NCBI GenBank assembly: GCA_902792535.1
Contig: CADAZU010000007.1
Span: 5,968 to 69,967 of the forward strand
Reading direction: 5' to 3'
Length of the DNA: 64,000 nt
Source of the DNA: an uncultured Bacteroidales bacterium
GTDB taxonomy: Bacteria > Bacteroidota > Bacteroidia > Bacteroidales > Paludibacteraceae
The stretch's first letter is position 1, and each line of letters opens with the position of its first letter. This document shows positions 11,232 through 19,001 of this stretch, one piece after another. The notes beneath the pieces were generated by a model that saw only the letters and a program-made list of their open reading frames with translations, was not told where the DNA came from and searched no databases. The position numbers and the translations under genes are program-made.

Positions 11232-12152
11232 ATGAAGAATATAGCATTTATCATCAATCCCGTATCGGGGAGCAAGGAGACGCAGAACGCGAAGCGTAAG
11301 TTGCCGAAGCTGATCATGCAGACGCTGGACAGCGAACAATGGTTGCCGAACATTGCCTTCACGGAGTATGCGGGTCACGCCACGGAGATGGCGTACCAGT
11401 TCTCCCGGATGGGTTTCGACGCAGTGGTAGCGGTAGGCGGCGACGGGACGGTGAACGAGGTGGCCCGCGGGATAGTGAAAGGTGAAAAGGGAAAGGCGAA
11501 AGGTGAAAGGAGCACAGCGTTAGGAATCATTCCGATGGGAAGCGGCAATGGTTTTGCGCGGCATCTGGACATACCCGTTCGCGCACAGCGAGCGATAGAA
11601 CTGATCAACCATTCGGAGCCTATCAGCGTAGATTACGGGGTGGCGAACGGCCGTCTGTTCATCAGCACCTGCGGCACGGGTTTTGATGCGCTGATAGCGG
11701 ATCATTTTGCGGGCAGCAACAAACGCGGTTTCAGCACGTATCTGCATAATATTCTGCACGATGTGTTCAACTATACGCCGCAGAACTACCACCTTGTGGG
11801 CGACGGCATCGATGTGACGCACAAGGCGTTTCTGATCACGTTTGCGAACGCGAACCAGTGGGGTTATGAAGCCATGATTGCGCCGAAAGCGAGTGTGCAG
11901 GACGGCAAGATGGATATCATGCTGATGTCGAGCCACGCGATATTAGGCAGCGCGAGTCTGGCTCTCCGTCTGTTCGCCGGGAGTATAGACGACAGCCATT
12001 TCATGAACACGATCCGCGCCAAAGAGGTGACGCTGGAGCGCGAGAGCGCAGCGCCGTTCCATATAGACGGCGACCCCGTGGAGATGGAGAAAGATATTCA
12101 CATCCGGATTGTAGAAGACGGACTGCGCGTGCTGGTGGAGAAAAGGTTTTGA
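11232..12152 (+). CDS. Diacylglycerol/lipid kinase family protein (YegS/BmrU-like)
   Basis: 306 aa. Motifs: IINPVSG, VAVGGDGTVNEV, GIIPMGSGNGFARHL. Carries an in-frame heptamer-word insertion (VKGEKGKAKGERS, 11475..11510). Confidence 0.85.
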   Translation: MKNIAFIINPVSGSKETQNAKRKLPKLIMQTLDSEQWLPNIAFTEYAGHATEMAYQFSRMGFDAVVAVGGDGTVNEVARGIVKGEKGKAKGERSTALGIIPMGSGNGFARHLDIPVRAQRAIELINHSEPISVDYGVANGRLFISTCGTGFDALIADHFAGSNKRGFSTYLHNILHDVFNYTPQNYHLVGDGIDVTHKAFLITFANANQWGYEAMIAPKASVQDGKMDIMLMSSHAILGSASLALRLFAGSIDDSHFMNTIRAKEVTLERESAAPFHIDGDPVEMEKDIHIRIVEDGLRVLVEKRF

Positions 12153-12155
12153 AAA

Positions 12156-12206
12156 TTGAAAGGTGAAAGGTGAAAGGTGAAAGGTGAAAGGTGAAAGGTG
12201 AAAGGT
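12156..12206. repeat. Heptanucleotide array (TTGAAAG + 6 x GTGAAAG) filling the lipid kinase-dut spacer
   Basis: Counted directly. The array runs from 3 nt after the TGA stop (12150..12152) to the nucleotide before the dut ATG (12207). Confidence 0.95.
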
Positions 12207-12641
12207 ATGGTTTTGAAGATTATTAACAAGAGCAAGAATCCGCTGCCGCGATACGAGAGTGCGGAGGCAGCAGGAATGGATATACGATGCAACATAGAGG
12301 ATGCTATTACGCTGCAGCCGCTGGAGCGGAAGCTGATTCCGACGGGACTGTTTATCGAGTTGCCGGCAGGGTACGAAGCGCAGATACGTCCGCGCAGCGG
12401 TCTGGCACTCAAACGCGGACTGACTGTTCTGAACACACCGGGCACGATTGACGCCGACTACCGCGGCGAGGTGGGTGTGATACTGATTAACCTGAGTGGC
12501 GAAGCGCAGACGATCGAACCGGGTGAGCGTATATGCCAGATGGTGATCGCCAAGCACGAGAGCCCGGAGGTAGTCGAAGTAACCGAACTGAGCGAGACCG
12601 AACGCGGCGCAGGAGGATTCGGGCATAGCGGGAGGAAATAG
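12207..12641 (+). CDS. dut: dUTP diphosphatase
   Basis: 144 aa. Motifs: [41 protein letters not shown] use the ATG at 12207 rather than the track's GTG at 12198, which lies inside the repeat. Confidence 0.95.
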   Translation: MVLKIINKSKNPLPRYESAEAAGMDIRCNIEDAITLQPLERKLIPTGLFIELPAGYEAQIRPRSGLALKRGLTVLNTPGTIDADYRGEVGVILINLSGEAQTIEPGERICQMVIAKHESPEVVEVTELSETERGAGGFGHSGRK

Positions 12642-12642
12642 G

Positions 12643-12673
12643 CCCCACCCGACCTCCCCATAGAGGGGAGGAG
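12643..12673. repeat. GC-rich hairpin element (CCCCACCCGACCTCCCCATAGAGGGGAGGAG)
   Basis: Perfect stem CCTCCCC/GGGGAGG with loop ATAGA. Lies between the dut stop and the TPR gene start. Same family as 1845, 12725 (inverted), 29800, 30033 and 51703. Confidence 0.85.
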
Positions 12674-12684
12674 ATAAGATAGAA

Positions 12685-13566
12685 ATGAGGAAGATATATA
12701 TAATCATATTAGTAATATTGCTATCCCTCCCCCTCTACGGGGGAGTTGGAGGGGGCGTCCGGGCGTCTGTGGAGCAGCAACAGCAGTTCCGCTACTACTG
12801 GTACGCAGCGCGGCAGGCGATTGAGGAAGAGCGGTACACAGAGGCATATGCGCTGCTACAGTTCTGCCAGGCACTCGACCCCTCCGACGGACAGACGATT
12901 TATTACTTGGGTATCCTCTACCAAGGCATGCAGCAGACGGACAAAGCGCAGGAGTATTTCAACCGTGCGTACCAAGCCATGCCTCGCGGTACGGCTCCGG
13001 AGGATTTGCTGGAACGCATCAAAAGGCAGTATATCGCGGAGAAACAATGGAAACAAGCACTTGCCATTCAGGACGAGCAAGACGAACGGAACGGCTATGA
13101 CGCCTACAGCGCGATCGCGCGCTACCGTATCTACGCCATGTGGGGCAAGTACAAAAAAGCCATTGCGGAGATAGACCGTTACCTGGAGACCGACCCGACG
13201 AACCTGCAGTTTATGCTTTTCCGGCTCGAGCTAATGGAAGGTACGGGTGCCAAGCCCAAAGAGCTATACGCCATGTACGAGCGGATATTGGAGATCAATC
13301 CGTATCACCTGATGGTACTCAATAACTACGCGTACCTCTTGGCGACCCACAAAGGCGACCTGACGAAAGCGGAAAAGATGAGTCAGTTGACCATCCGCGA
13401 AGAGCCGAACAACCCTGTTTATCTGGACACTTACGGCTGGATTATGCATCTGCAGGGACAGAATGAATTGGCGCGGTTCTACCTCTCTAAAGCCCTTTGG
13501 AACGCGACCGACAGCAACCGGGACGTGATCACGGAACACCTTATTAAAGTGAAAGGTGAAAGATGA
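12685..13566 (+). CDS. Tetratricopeptide-repeat protein (secreted)
   Basis: 293 aa with a signal peptide and TPR-like helices ([43 protein letters not shown]...). The order dut-TPR-lipoprotein-M23 matches what I remember from Bacteroides genomes. Confidence 0.8.
   Translation: MRKIYIIILVILLSLPLYGGVGGGVRASVEQQQQFRYYWYAARQAIEEERYTEAYALLQFCQALDPSDGQTIYYLGILYQGMQQTDKAQEYFNRAYQAMPRGTAPEDLLERIKRQYIAEKQWKQALAIQDEQDERNGYDAYSAIARYRIYAMWGKYKKAIAEIDRYLETDPTNLQFMLFRLELMEGTGAKPKELYAMYERILEINPYHLMVLNNYAYLLATHKGDLTKAEKMSQLTIREEPNNPVYLDTYGWIMHLQGQNELARFYLSKALWNATDSNRDVITEHLIKVKGER
12725..12755. repeat. GC-rich hairpin element, inverted copy (CCCTCCCCCTCTACGGGGGAGTTGGAGGGGG), inside the TPR signal-peptide coding region
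   Basis: Resembles the reverse complement of 12643..12673. Encodes ...[13 protein letters not shown]. Confidence 0.75.
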
Positions 13567-13660
13567 AAAGTGAAAGGTGAAAGGTGAAAGGTGAAAGGTG
13601 AAAGGTGAAAGGTGAAAGGTGAAAGGTGAAAGGTGAAAAGTGAAAGGTGAAAGATGAAAG
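13549..13660. repeat. 16-unit heptanucleotide array (GTGAAAG and ATGAAAA/GTGAAAA/ATGAAAG variants)
   Basis: Counted unit by unit. Unit 3 (aTGAaaa) supplies the TPR gene stop (13564..13566). Unit 16 (ATGaaag) supplies the next gene's start (13654). Confidence 0.97.
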
Positions 13661-14226
13661 GAAGAAGGATAATTTATATCATATTGATTCCATGCATGGT
13701 GTTGCTGGCAGGATGCGGAGCGAAGAAACAAGCTATCAGCCATGAGCCATCAGCCGTCAGCCAGGAGCCGGAGAAGCCGGCATGGCATACCTGTTTGATC
13801 CAAGGCGCACGCGCAACGGTGTACACCAACGAGGACAAGATCTCTGCGAACTTGACGATGCAGACTGTGCGCGATTCGATGATCGTGATCTCGGTCATGC
13901 CGATGATGGGCATCGAGATGATGCGCATTGAAGCCACACCGATGGAGATCATCGCCATCGACAAGGTACACGGACGATATGCGATTGCTTCGTTCGCCGA
14001 ACTGAACCGCAAGCTGACACCCTCCCTGAACTGGGATATACTGCAACAGGTTTGCACAGGCGAACTGCCGACCGGAGAAGAGAGAGCACGGCTGCAATAC
14101 AGTTTCGGCATGGAGGTGATCGAACTCGTCATTGACTACTCCCCGCGCAGACCGGATGTGCCGGTGCGCGTCGGAAACCAACGATTAGACAGATACACAC
14201 GAATAGATATTTCCAAATGGCTATAG
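13654..14226 (+). CDS. DUF4292-like (LolB-like) lipoprotein
   Basis: 190 aa with lipobox ...VLLAGC. The central region ...[34 protein letters not shown]... resembles my memory of DUF4292. Synteny next to the M23 gene supports this. Confidence 0.55.
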   Translation: MKGRRIIYIILIPCMVLLAGCGAKKQAISHEPSAVSQEPEKPAWHTCLIQGARATVYTNEDKISANLTMQTVRDSMIVISVMPMMGIEMMRIEATPMEIIAIDKVHGRYAIASFAELNRKLTPSLNWDILQQVCTGELPTGEERARLQYSFGMEVIELVIDYSPRRPDVPVRVGNQRLDRYTRIDISKWL

Positions 14227-14266
14227 GAAAGGTGAAAGATGAAAGGTGAAAGATGAAAGGTGAAAG
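14227..14266. repeat. Heptanucleotide array (GTGAAAG/ATGAAAG alternating) at the DUF4292-like/EnvC-like junction
   Basis: Begins right after the TAG stop (14224..14226). The ATGAAAG unit at 14253 is the start codon of the next gene. The ATGAAAG at 14239 is out of frame and terminates after 5 codons. Confidence 0.95.
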
Positions 14267-15449
14267 ATTAATACATAGATGTTTTCTACTGGTCGTTTTG
14301 GTAGTTCTGTGTATCCGGATTCCGGCTTTCGGTGAGAGCGTGAAGGATCTGCAGAAGAAGCAGAAGAAGCTGCAGCAGGAGATCGAGCAGACCAACCAGA
14401 TGCTGAAGCAGACGAAGAAAGACGAGACTGCGACGGAGAACAAGCTGCAGCTAATAGGTCGAAATATCAAGAACCAAAAGCGATTGATCTCTACGCTGGA
14501 CAGCGAGATCACGGCTCTCAACAGAGAAATGAACCGTCTCAGCGGTCGCCGCGACTCGCTGCAGACCGTGCTGGACGGCTACAAAGCCGACTATGCGGAG
14601 ATGGTATGCAAAAGCCATTACGCCCGCATCCAGCAGTCGCCGCTTCTGTTCCTGCTCAGCAGCGACAGTTTTCAGCAGTTAGCCCGTCGCGCGCGCTACC
14701 TGCAGGAGTTCGCGCATTTCCGTCAGGAACAAGTGCGCCGTATCGAACGCACCCAAGCGGAGATAGACACCCAGAACGAGTTGCTGCAAGCCAACAAAAG
14801 CGACAAACAGACGGCATTGAGCACCCGCAAGCGCGAGCAGGAGAACCTCAAACGCGACGAGCGCAAGCAGCAGAAAATGCTGAGTCAGTTGAAGAGCAAA
14901 GAGAAAGACCTGACCAAACAGATCAAGCAGAAGCAGAAGAAAGTGAATGAGCTGAACAAGAAGATCGACGATATGGTCCGCAAGCAGGCAGAGAAATCCT
15001 CCAAGACGACGCTGACCAAAGAGCAGAAACTGATCGCCGGCGGGTTTGAGGAGAACAAAGGAAGACTCCCTTGGCCTGTAGAGAAAGGTATGATCAGCGG
15101 ACATTTCGGCAAACAGCAGCACCCGGTCTATACCCAGGTCACGATGGATAACAAAGGTATCTACCTACAGACCGTAGCCGGTGCAAAAGCCCGCGCGGTG
15201 TACAAAGGCGAAGTGACCAGTTGTTTCCTTGTCTCCAACACCTACGCCGTGATCGTTCAGCACGGTAACTACCGGACGGTCTATTCCAACCTCTCCAAAT
15301 TGAACGTCAAGCAAGGCGACAAAGTGGAGACCAAACAGGTCATCGGCACCATCTTTACCGACCCGGACCAGGACCAGAAAACAGAATTATATTTCCAGAT
15401 TTACAAAGATAAAAACATTCAAAATCCCGAATTATGGATTGCCAAATAA
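14253..15449 (+). CDS. Murein hydrolase activator EnvC-like protein (coiled coil + M23/LytM domain)
   Basis: 398 aa. Long Q/K/E-rich coiled coil, then ...WPVEKGMISGHFGKQQHPVY...YAVIVQHGNYRTVYSNLSKLNVKQGDKV.... Confidence 0.85.
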   Translation: MKGERLIHRCFLLVVLVVLCIRIPAFGESVKDLQKKQKKLQQEIEQTNQMLKQTKKDETATENKLQLIGRNIKNQKRLISTLDSEITALNREMNRLSGRRDSLQTVLDGYKADYAEMVCKSHYARIQQSPLLFLLSSDSFQQLARRARYLQEFAHFRQEQVRRIERTQAEIDTQNELLQANKSDKQTALSTRKREQENLKRDERKQQKMLSQLKSKEKDLTKQIKQKQKKVNELNKKIDDMVRKQAEKSSKTTLTKEQKLIAGGFEENKGRLPWPVEKGMISGHFGKQQHPVYTQVTMDNKGIYLQTVAGAKARAVYKGEVTSCFLVSNTYAVIVQHGNYRTVYSNLSKLNVKQGDKVETKQVIGTIFTDPDQDQKTELYFQIYKDKNIQNPELWIAK

Positions 15450-15976
15450 AGTTGAAAGTTGAAAGTTTAAAGTGGATAGTTATTGCGCTTATCGCGCTTG
15501 TCTTACTGCCTTCCTGCAAGACCAATAATTGGGCGGACTGGAAGACGCAGAACGAGATATGGCTGGCGAATAACAAACTGCAACCGGGTGTGGAGACTTC
15601 GCCATCCGGATTGCAATACAAGATCATCAAAGATCCGCTGAAGGACACCGGTGAAGCCACGCCGAACCCAACGGGCACTATCGTTTGCGACTATACCCTC
15701 AAGCTCGTCAACGGCAATATTATCGAGTCAAACAACAATGTGCCGCTGGATCTGAGTGGCGTAGTCGCCGGCTTTGCCGAGGGGTGTCATAAAGTGCATG
15801 TTCACGGCGACATCGAACTCTATATCCCTGCTTATCTGGGTTACGACAAAAATAAGTACGACACGAACGACTACGGTTCAGCCGAAGGGTTCGGCACAGA
15901 AGGCACTCAGGGTTATATCCCGCCCTATTCCACCCTCATTTATACCGTGCATATATGCAGCATCATCGCCAACTAA
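15434..15976 (+). CDS. FKBP-type peptidyl-prolyl cis-trans isomerase lipoprotein
   Basis: Lipobox ...LLPSC. SGLQYKIIKD...VVAGFAEGCHKVHVHGDIELYIPAYLGYD is FKBP-like. Start is uncertain. The ATG at 15434 overlaps the upstream gene by 16 nt. An in-frame TTG at 15452 would give MKVESLKWIVIAL.... Confidence 0.8.
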   Translation: MDCQIKLKVESLKWIVIALIALVLLPSCKTNNWADWKTQNEIWLANNKLQPGVETSPSGLQYKIIKDPLKDTGEATPNPTGTIVCDYTLKLVNGNIIESNNNVPLDLSGVVAGFAEGCHKVHVHGDIELYIPAYLGYDKNKYDTNDYGSAEGFGTEGTQGYIPPYSTLIYTVHICSIIAN

Positions 15977-16452
15977 TAGGATTTTTGATAGTGGTGCTTG
16001 CGCTCTGCGGCTGCGAAGGAACGACCTTCCGCAGTAGCGTGCCGGCTTATCCGGTGCGCGTGGTGATTGATACCAAAGTGGGTGCGTTTGTGCATTTCAA
16101 ACCGGAGACCACTTCGTCGTACGTCATTGCTAACAGGGACGGGTATTTCCTTGACAATAAATGGGTCACCTCCTCGTCGGCGATGGACGCTTACGGCTAC
16201 GGCGGAGTGCTGGTATTCGTCAGCTTCTTCGGCTACAACGCCTACGATCTGGCGTGTCCCAACTGCGCGGAGAAAGGTGCATGCCATCCCTGCGAAGTGA
16301 ACGGCGGGTTCGCGGTCTGCACCACATGCGAAGAGCAATACGACCTGCTCTCCGGCACGGCAGCTCCGCAGAAAGGGATTGCACATGAAGCGCTGCGCAA
16401 ACTGACACTCGTCAATTCGGACGGACGACTAACCATCACACAAGGACAATGA
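15955..16452 (+). CDS. Conserved hypothetical lipoprotein with a CPxC...C..C...CTTC cysteine cluster
   Basis: 165 aa with lipobox ...LALCGC. The C-terminal half contains YDLACPNCAEKGACHPCEVNGGFAVCTTCEEQYD. No confident family assignment. Confidence 0.6.
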   Translation: MQHHRQLIGFLIVVLALCGCEGTTFRSSVPAYPVRVVIDTKVGAFVHFKPETTSSYVIANRDGYFLDNKWVTSSSAMDAYGYGGVLVFVSFFGYNAYDLACPNCAEKGACHPCEVNGGFAVCTTCEEQYDLLSGTAAPQKGIAHEALRKLTLVNSDGRLTITQGQ

Positions 16453-16853
16453 TCACAAAAGACGATTTACTATCCATCGGCGTGCTCAAAAGGGCGCACG
16501 ACAAAGACCTGCCGGAGTTCATTTTCGTGCAGCGGGACGGATTGTTTGTACCCTTCCGCTCCTCCGACATCGCCGAACTGCGGGGCGAAGAGGCTTTTGT
16601 GCTGCGGACGGACATACAGGACGAAGAGGACGGGCTGATGACATGGCAGGACCTTGTGGGCTATTCCATCGAGGATCTGAACACGGATGGTCGTCGGTAT
16701 CTCGTCGGTATAATAGCATCCGTTGATGAGAGCACCATCAACACCCTTGCGACCCTCGAAGACGGACGGATGTTGCCGCTGCATGAAGATTTTATATTGG
16801 ACATTGACGAAGACGCACATGTGCTTCGCGTAAATTTACCATTTAAGATATGA
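16449..16853 (+). CDS. Hypothetical protein, possibly RimM/PRC-barrel-like
   Basis: 134 aa. 4-nt overlaps with both neighbours suggest real coding. The C-terminal pattern ...VGIIASVDESTINTLATLEDGRMLPLHEDFILDIDEDAHVLRVNLP resembles RimM C-termini. Function is uncertain. Confidence 0.5.
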   Translation: MITKDDLLSIGVLKRAHDKDLPEFIFVQRDGLFVPFRSSDIAELRGEEAFVLRTDIQDEEDGLMTWQDLVGYSIEDLNTDGRRYLVGIIASVDESTINTLATLEDGRMLPLHEDFILDIDEDAHVLRVNLPFKI

Positions 16854-17395
16854 GCCGCAAACTGACATCAGCCGAGATGGGACGCATGGACGTCGCCCAA
16901 TACCGCGAAGCGGACAAGCTGCCGCTGGTAGTGGTGCTTGATAATGTGCGCAGCCAGCATAATGTGGGCGCGGTCTTCCGTACTGCAGACGCCATGCGGA
17001 TCGAGCGGGTCGTGCTGTGCGGCATCTGTTGCTGCCCGCCGAACGCAGAGATACACAAGACGGCGCTCGGAGCCGAAGAGAGCGTCGAATGGAGTTATTA
17101 CAAAGACACACTGGAGGCAGTACGCGCGCTGCAGGCAGAAGGATACACCGTCTATGCCGTGGAGCAGGCACATGACTCCATCACCCTCGAAGAAGCGGCG
17201 GAACAGGTTGGCTCCAAGACCGCGGTGGTACTCGGGCACGAGGTCTTCGGCGTACAACAAGAAGTAGTAGATATTTGCAGCCAATGTATAGAGATCCCTC
17301 AATACGGCACCAAGCACTCGATGAACGTGTCGGTGACAGCAGGCATTGTGATGTACCGCTTAGCCTCCTCTCTCCGGCGCGAGACAAGGAAGTAG
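16850..17395 (+). CDS. TrmH/SpoU family RNA 2'-O-methyltransferase
   Basis: 181 aa. Motifs: NVRSQHNVGAVFRTADA, VVLGHEVFGV, IEIPQYGTKHSMNVSVTAGIVMY. Confidence 0.85.
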   Translation: MSRKLTSAEMGRMDVAQYREADKLPLVVVLDNVRSQHNVGAVFRTADAMRIERVVLCGICCCPPNAEIHKTALGAEESVEWSYYKDTLEAVRALQAEGYTVYAVEQAHDSITLEEAAEQVGSKTAVVLGHEVFGVQQEVVDICSQCIEIPQYGTKHSMNVSVTAGIVMYRLASSLRRETRK

Positions 17396-18795
17396 CGCAC
17401 GCGGCTATTCAGGCAGGGGCAGACGCTATCTATATCGGAGCGCCTGCTTTTGGTGCGCGCCAAGCGGCAGGCAACAGCATTGAGGATCTGGCGGAAGTGG
17501 TGCGCTACGCGCACACGTATGGGGTGCAGGTGTTGGTGACCGTCAATACGCTGCTCCATGAGGCTGAGTATCCGCAGGCGGTGCAGATGATACATGATCT
17601 ATACCGCATTGGAGTCGATGCACTCATCATTCAGGATCTGCACCTGCTGGATTTCGACCTGCCGCCTATTCGGCTACATGCCTCTACCCAGTGCGACAAC
17701 AGAACGCCCGAACAGGTGGCGAGACTGCGCGATATGGGTTTCAAGCGCGTGGTGTTGGCGCGAGAGCTGGGTATAGAAGAGATCCGTGCGATACATGAAG
17801 CTGTGCCGGATATTGAGTTGGAAGCCTTTGTTCACGGTGCGCTGTGCGTCTCCTATTCCGGACGGTGCTATATATCCGAAGTGCTCGCGGGACGAAGCGC
17901 CAACAGAGGGGCTTGCGCACAGTACTGCCGCATGGCGTACGATCTGCTGGACAGCAGTATGAACGAGGTGCTCGACGAAGAAGGCAAACCTATTCATCAG
18001 CGGTACTTACTATCCCTGCAGGACCTGGACAGGAGTGCGTATCTGGATGAACTGATCGATGCCGGTGTGACGACCGTTAAGATCGAAGGGCGGCTAAAAG
18101 ATGCGGAATACGTGACGAATATCACCGCTTATTATCGGGAGAAGCTTTCTGCATTCAGCCATCAGCCGTCAGTTATCAGCCGTGGCTTCATCCCTAATCC
18201 GGAGAAGACGTTTCACCGCGGTGCAACGGATTATTTCCTGCATGGCAGGACACGTCCTATGGCTAATTGGGACACTCCTAAATCGACCGGAGAGTATATC
18301 GGTGAATTGCTGGAGGCACGAGGCAACACCCTGCGCGTGCGGCTCAAAGAAGGAGTCGTGCTGCATAATGGCGACGGGCTGACGATCGGCAGCGAAGGCT
18401 TCTCCGTCAACGGCGTGGAAGGAAATATCATTAAGATTAACAAAAATCTCTCCGCCTCCTCGCTAAAGGGAAGTGAACTATATAGAAACCTCGATGTGGA
18501 GTTCGTGCGCTCGTTGCACTCCGAACGGCGCATACCGGTGAACATCCTTTTCCGCGAGACGGAAGAGGGATTTGAGTTGCAATATAAAGCCGTTCCTTCA
18601 GGGAAGGTATGGGTCGGCTCTTTTGCGTTTGCCCATGAGCCCGCCAAGAACCCCGAGAAAGCGATAGAGACGATCCGCACACAGTTGTCCAAATTAGGCG
18701 ACACACCGTATATTGCGCGGGAGATCAAGATTGAGAGCAAACCCTATTTTATACCGATTAGTATATTGAACGAATGGAGACGAACCGTCCTTTGA
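17284..18795 (+). CDS. Peptidase U32 family protein (RlhA/TrhP-like), C-terminus apparently split off
   Basis: Motifs: AIQAGADAIYIG, VLVTVNT, HASTQ, ELEAFVHGALCVSYSGRCYIS...RSANRGACAQYCR. The only in-frame starts (TTG 17275, ATG 17284) overlap the TrmH-family gene by more than 110 nt. Ends at a TGA that overlaps the 60-aa ORF 18774..18956 in another frame. Confidence 0.8.
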   Translation: MYRDPSIRHQALDERVGDSRHCDVPLSLLSPARDKEVAHAAIQAGADAIYIGAPAFGARQAAGNSIEDLAEVVRYAHTYGVQVLVTVNTLLHEAEYPQAVQMIHDLYRIGVDALIIQDLHLLDFDLPPIRLHASTQCDNRTPEQVARLRDMGFKRVVLARELGIEEIRAIHEAVPDIELEAFVHGALCVSYSGRCYISEVLAGRSANRGACAQYCRMAYDLLDSSMNEVLDEEGKPIHQRYLLSLQDLDRSAYLDELIDAGVTTVKIEGRLKDAEYVTNITAYYREKLSAFSHQPSVISRGFIPNPEKTFHRGATDYFLHGRTRPMANWDTPKSTGEYIGELLEARGNTLRVRLKEGVVLHNGDGLTIGSEGFSVNGVEGNIIKINKNLSASSLKGSELYRNLDVEFVRSLHSERRIPVNILFRETEEGFELQYKAVPSGKVWVGSFAFAHEPAKNPEKAIETIRTQLSKLGDTPYIAREIKIESKPYFIPISILNEWRRTVL

Positions 18796-18956
18796 TGACC
18801 TGCCGCTACTGCCTACTGTTTGAGTTGGGGCATTGCCGCAAGACGAATCCTTATCCGAAAGACAAGGAGCCGCGGTATCTGCGTCTGCGCACCGGCAAAG
18901 TGCTGGAACTCCGCTTCGACTGCAAGAACTGCCAGATGCTAGTGGACGAAGCATAA
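18774..18956 (+). CDS. Cys-rich 60-aa ORF, probably the detached C-terminal segment of the U32 protein
   Basis: METNRPLMTCRYCLLFELGHCRK...RFDCKNCQMLVDEA. Overlaps the U32 ORF end by 22 nt in a different frame. Four Cys in two CxxC-like pairs. Confidence 0.45.
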   Translation: METNRPLMTCRYCLLFELGHCRKTNPYPKDKEPRYLRLRTGKVLELRFDCKNCQMLVDEA

Positions 18957-19001
18957 ATGCAAATTAAAAATTAAGAATTAAAAAGCGGGAAGTGAAAATT
19001 T

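Noticed and set aside
11943-13743. Minus-strand ORFs 11943..12707 (254 aa) and 13264..13743 (159 aa) containing [17 protein letters not shown]
   Set aside because: They are antisense to dut and the TPR gene. The striking FTFHLSP repeats are only the reverse-strand translation of the GTGAAAG heptamer arrays.
12156-14266. Considered whether the short-repeat arrays could be a CRISPR locus
   Set aside because: The units are 7 bp and contiguous, with no spacers. There are no cas genes in the window, and the arrays lie between or inside ordinary genes.
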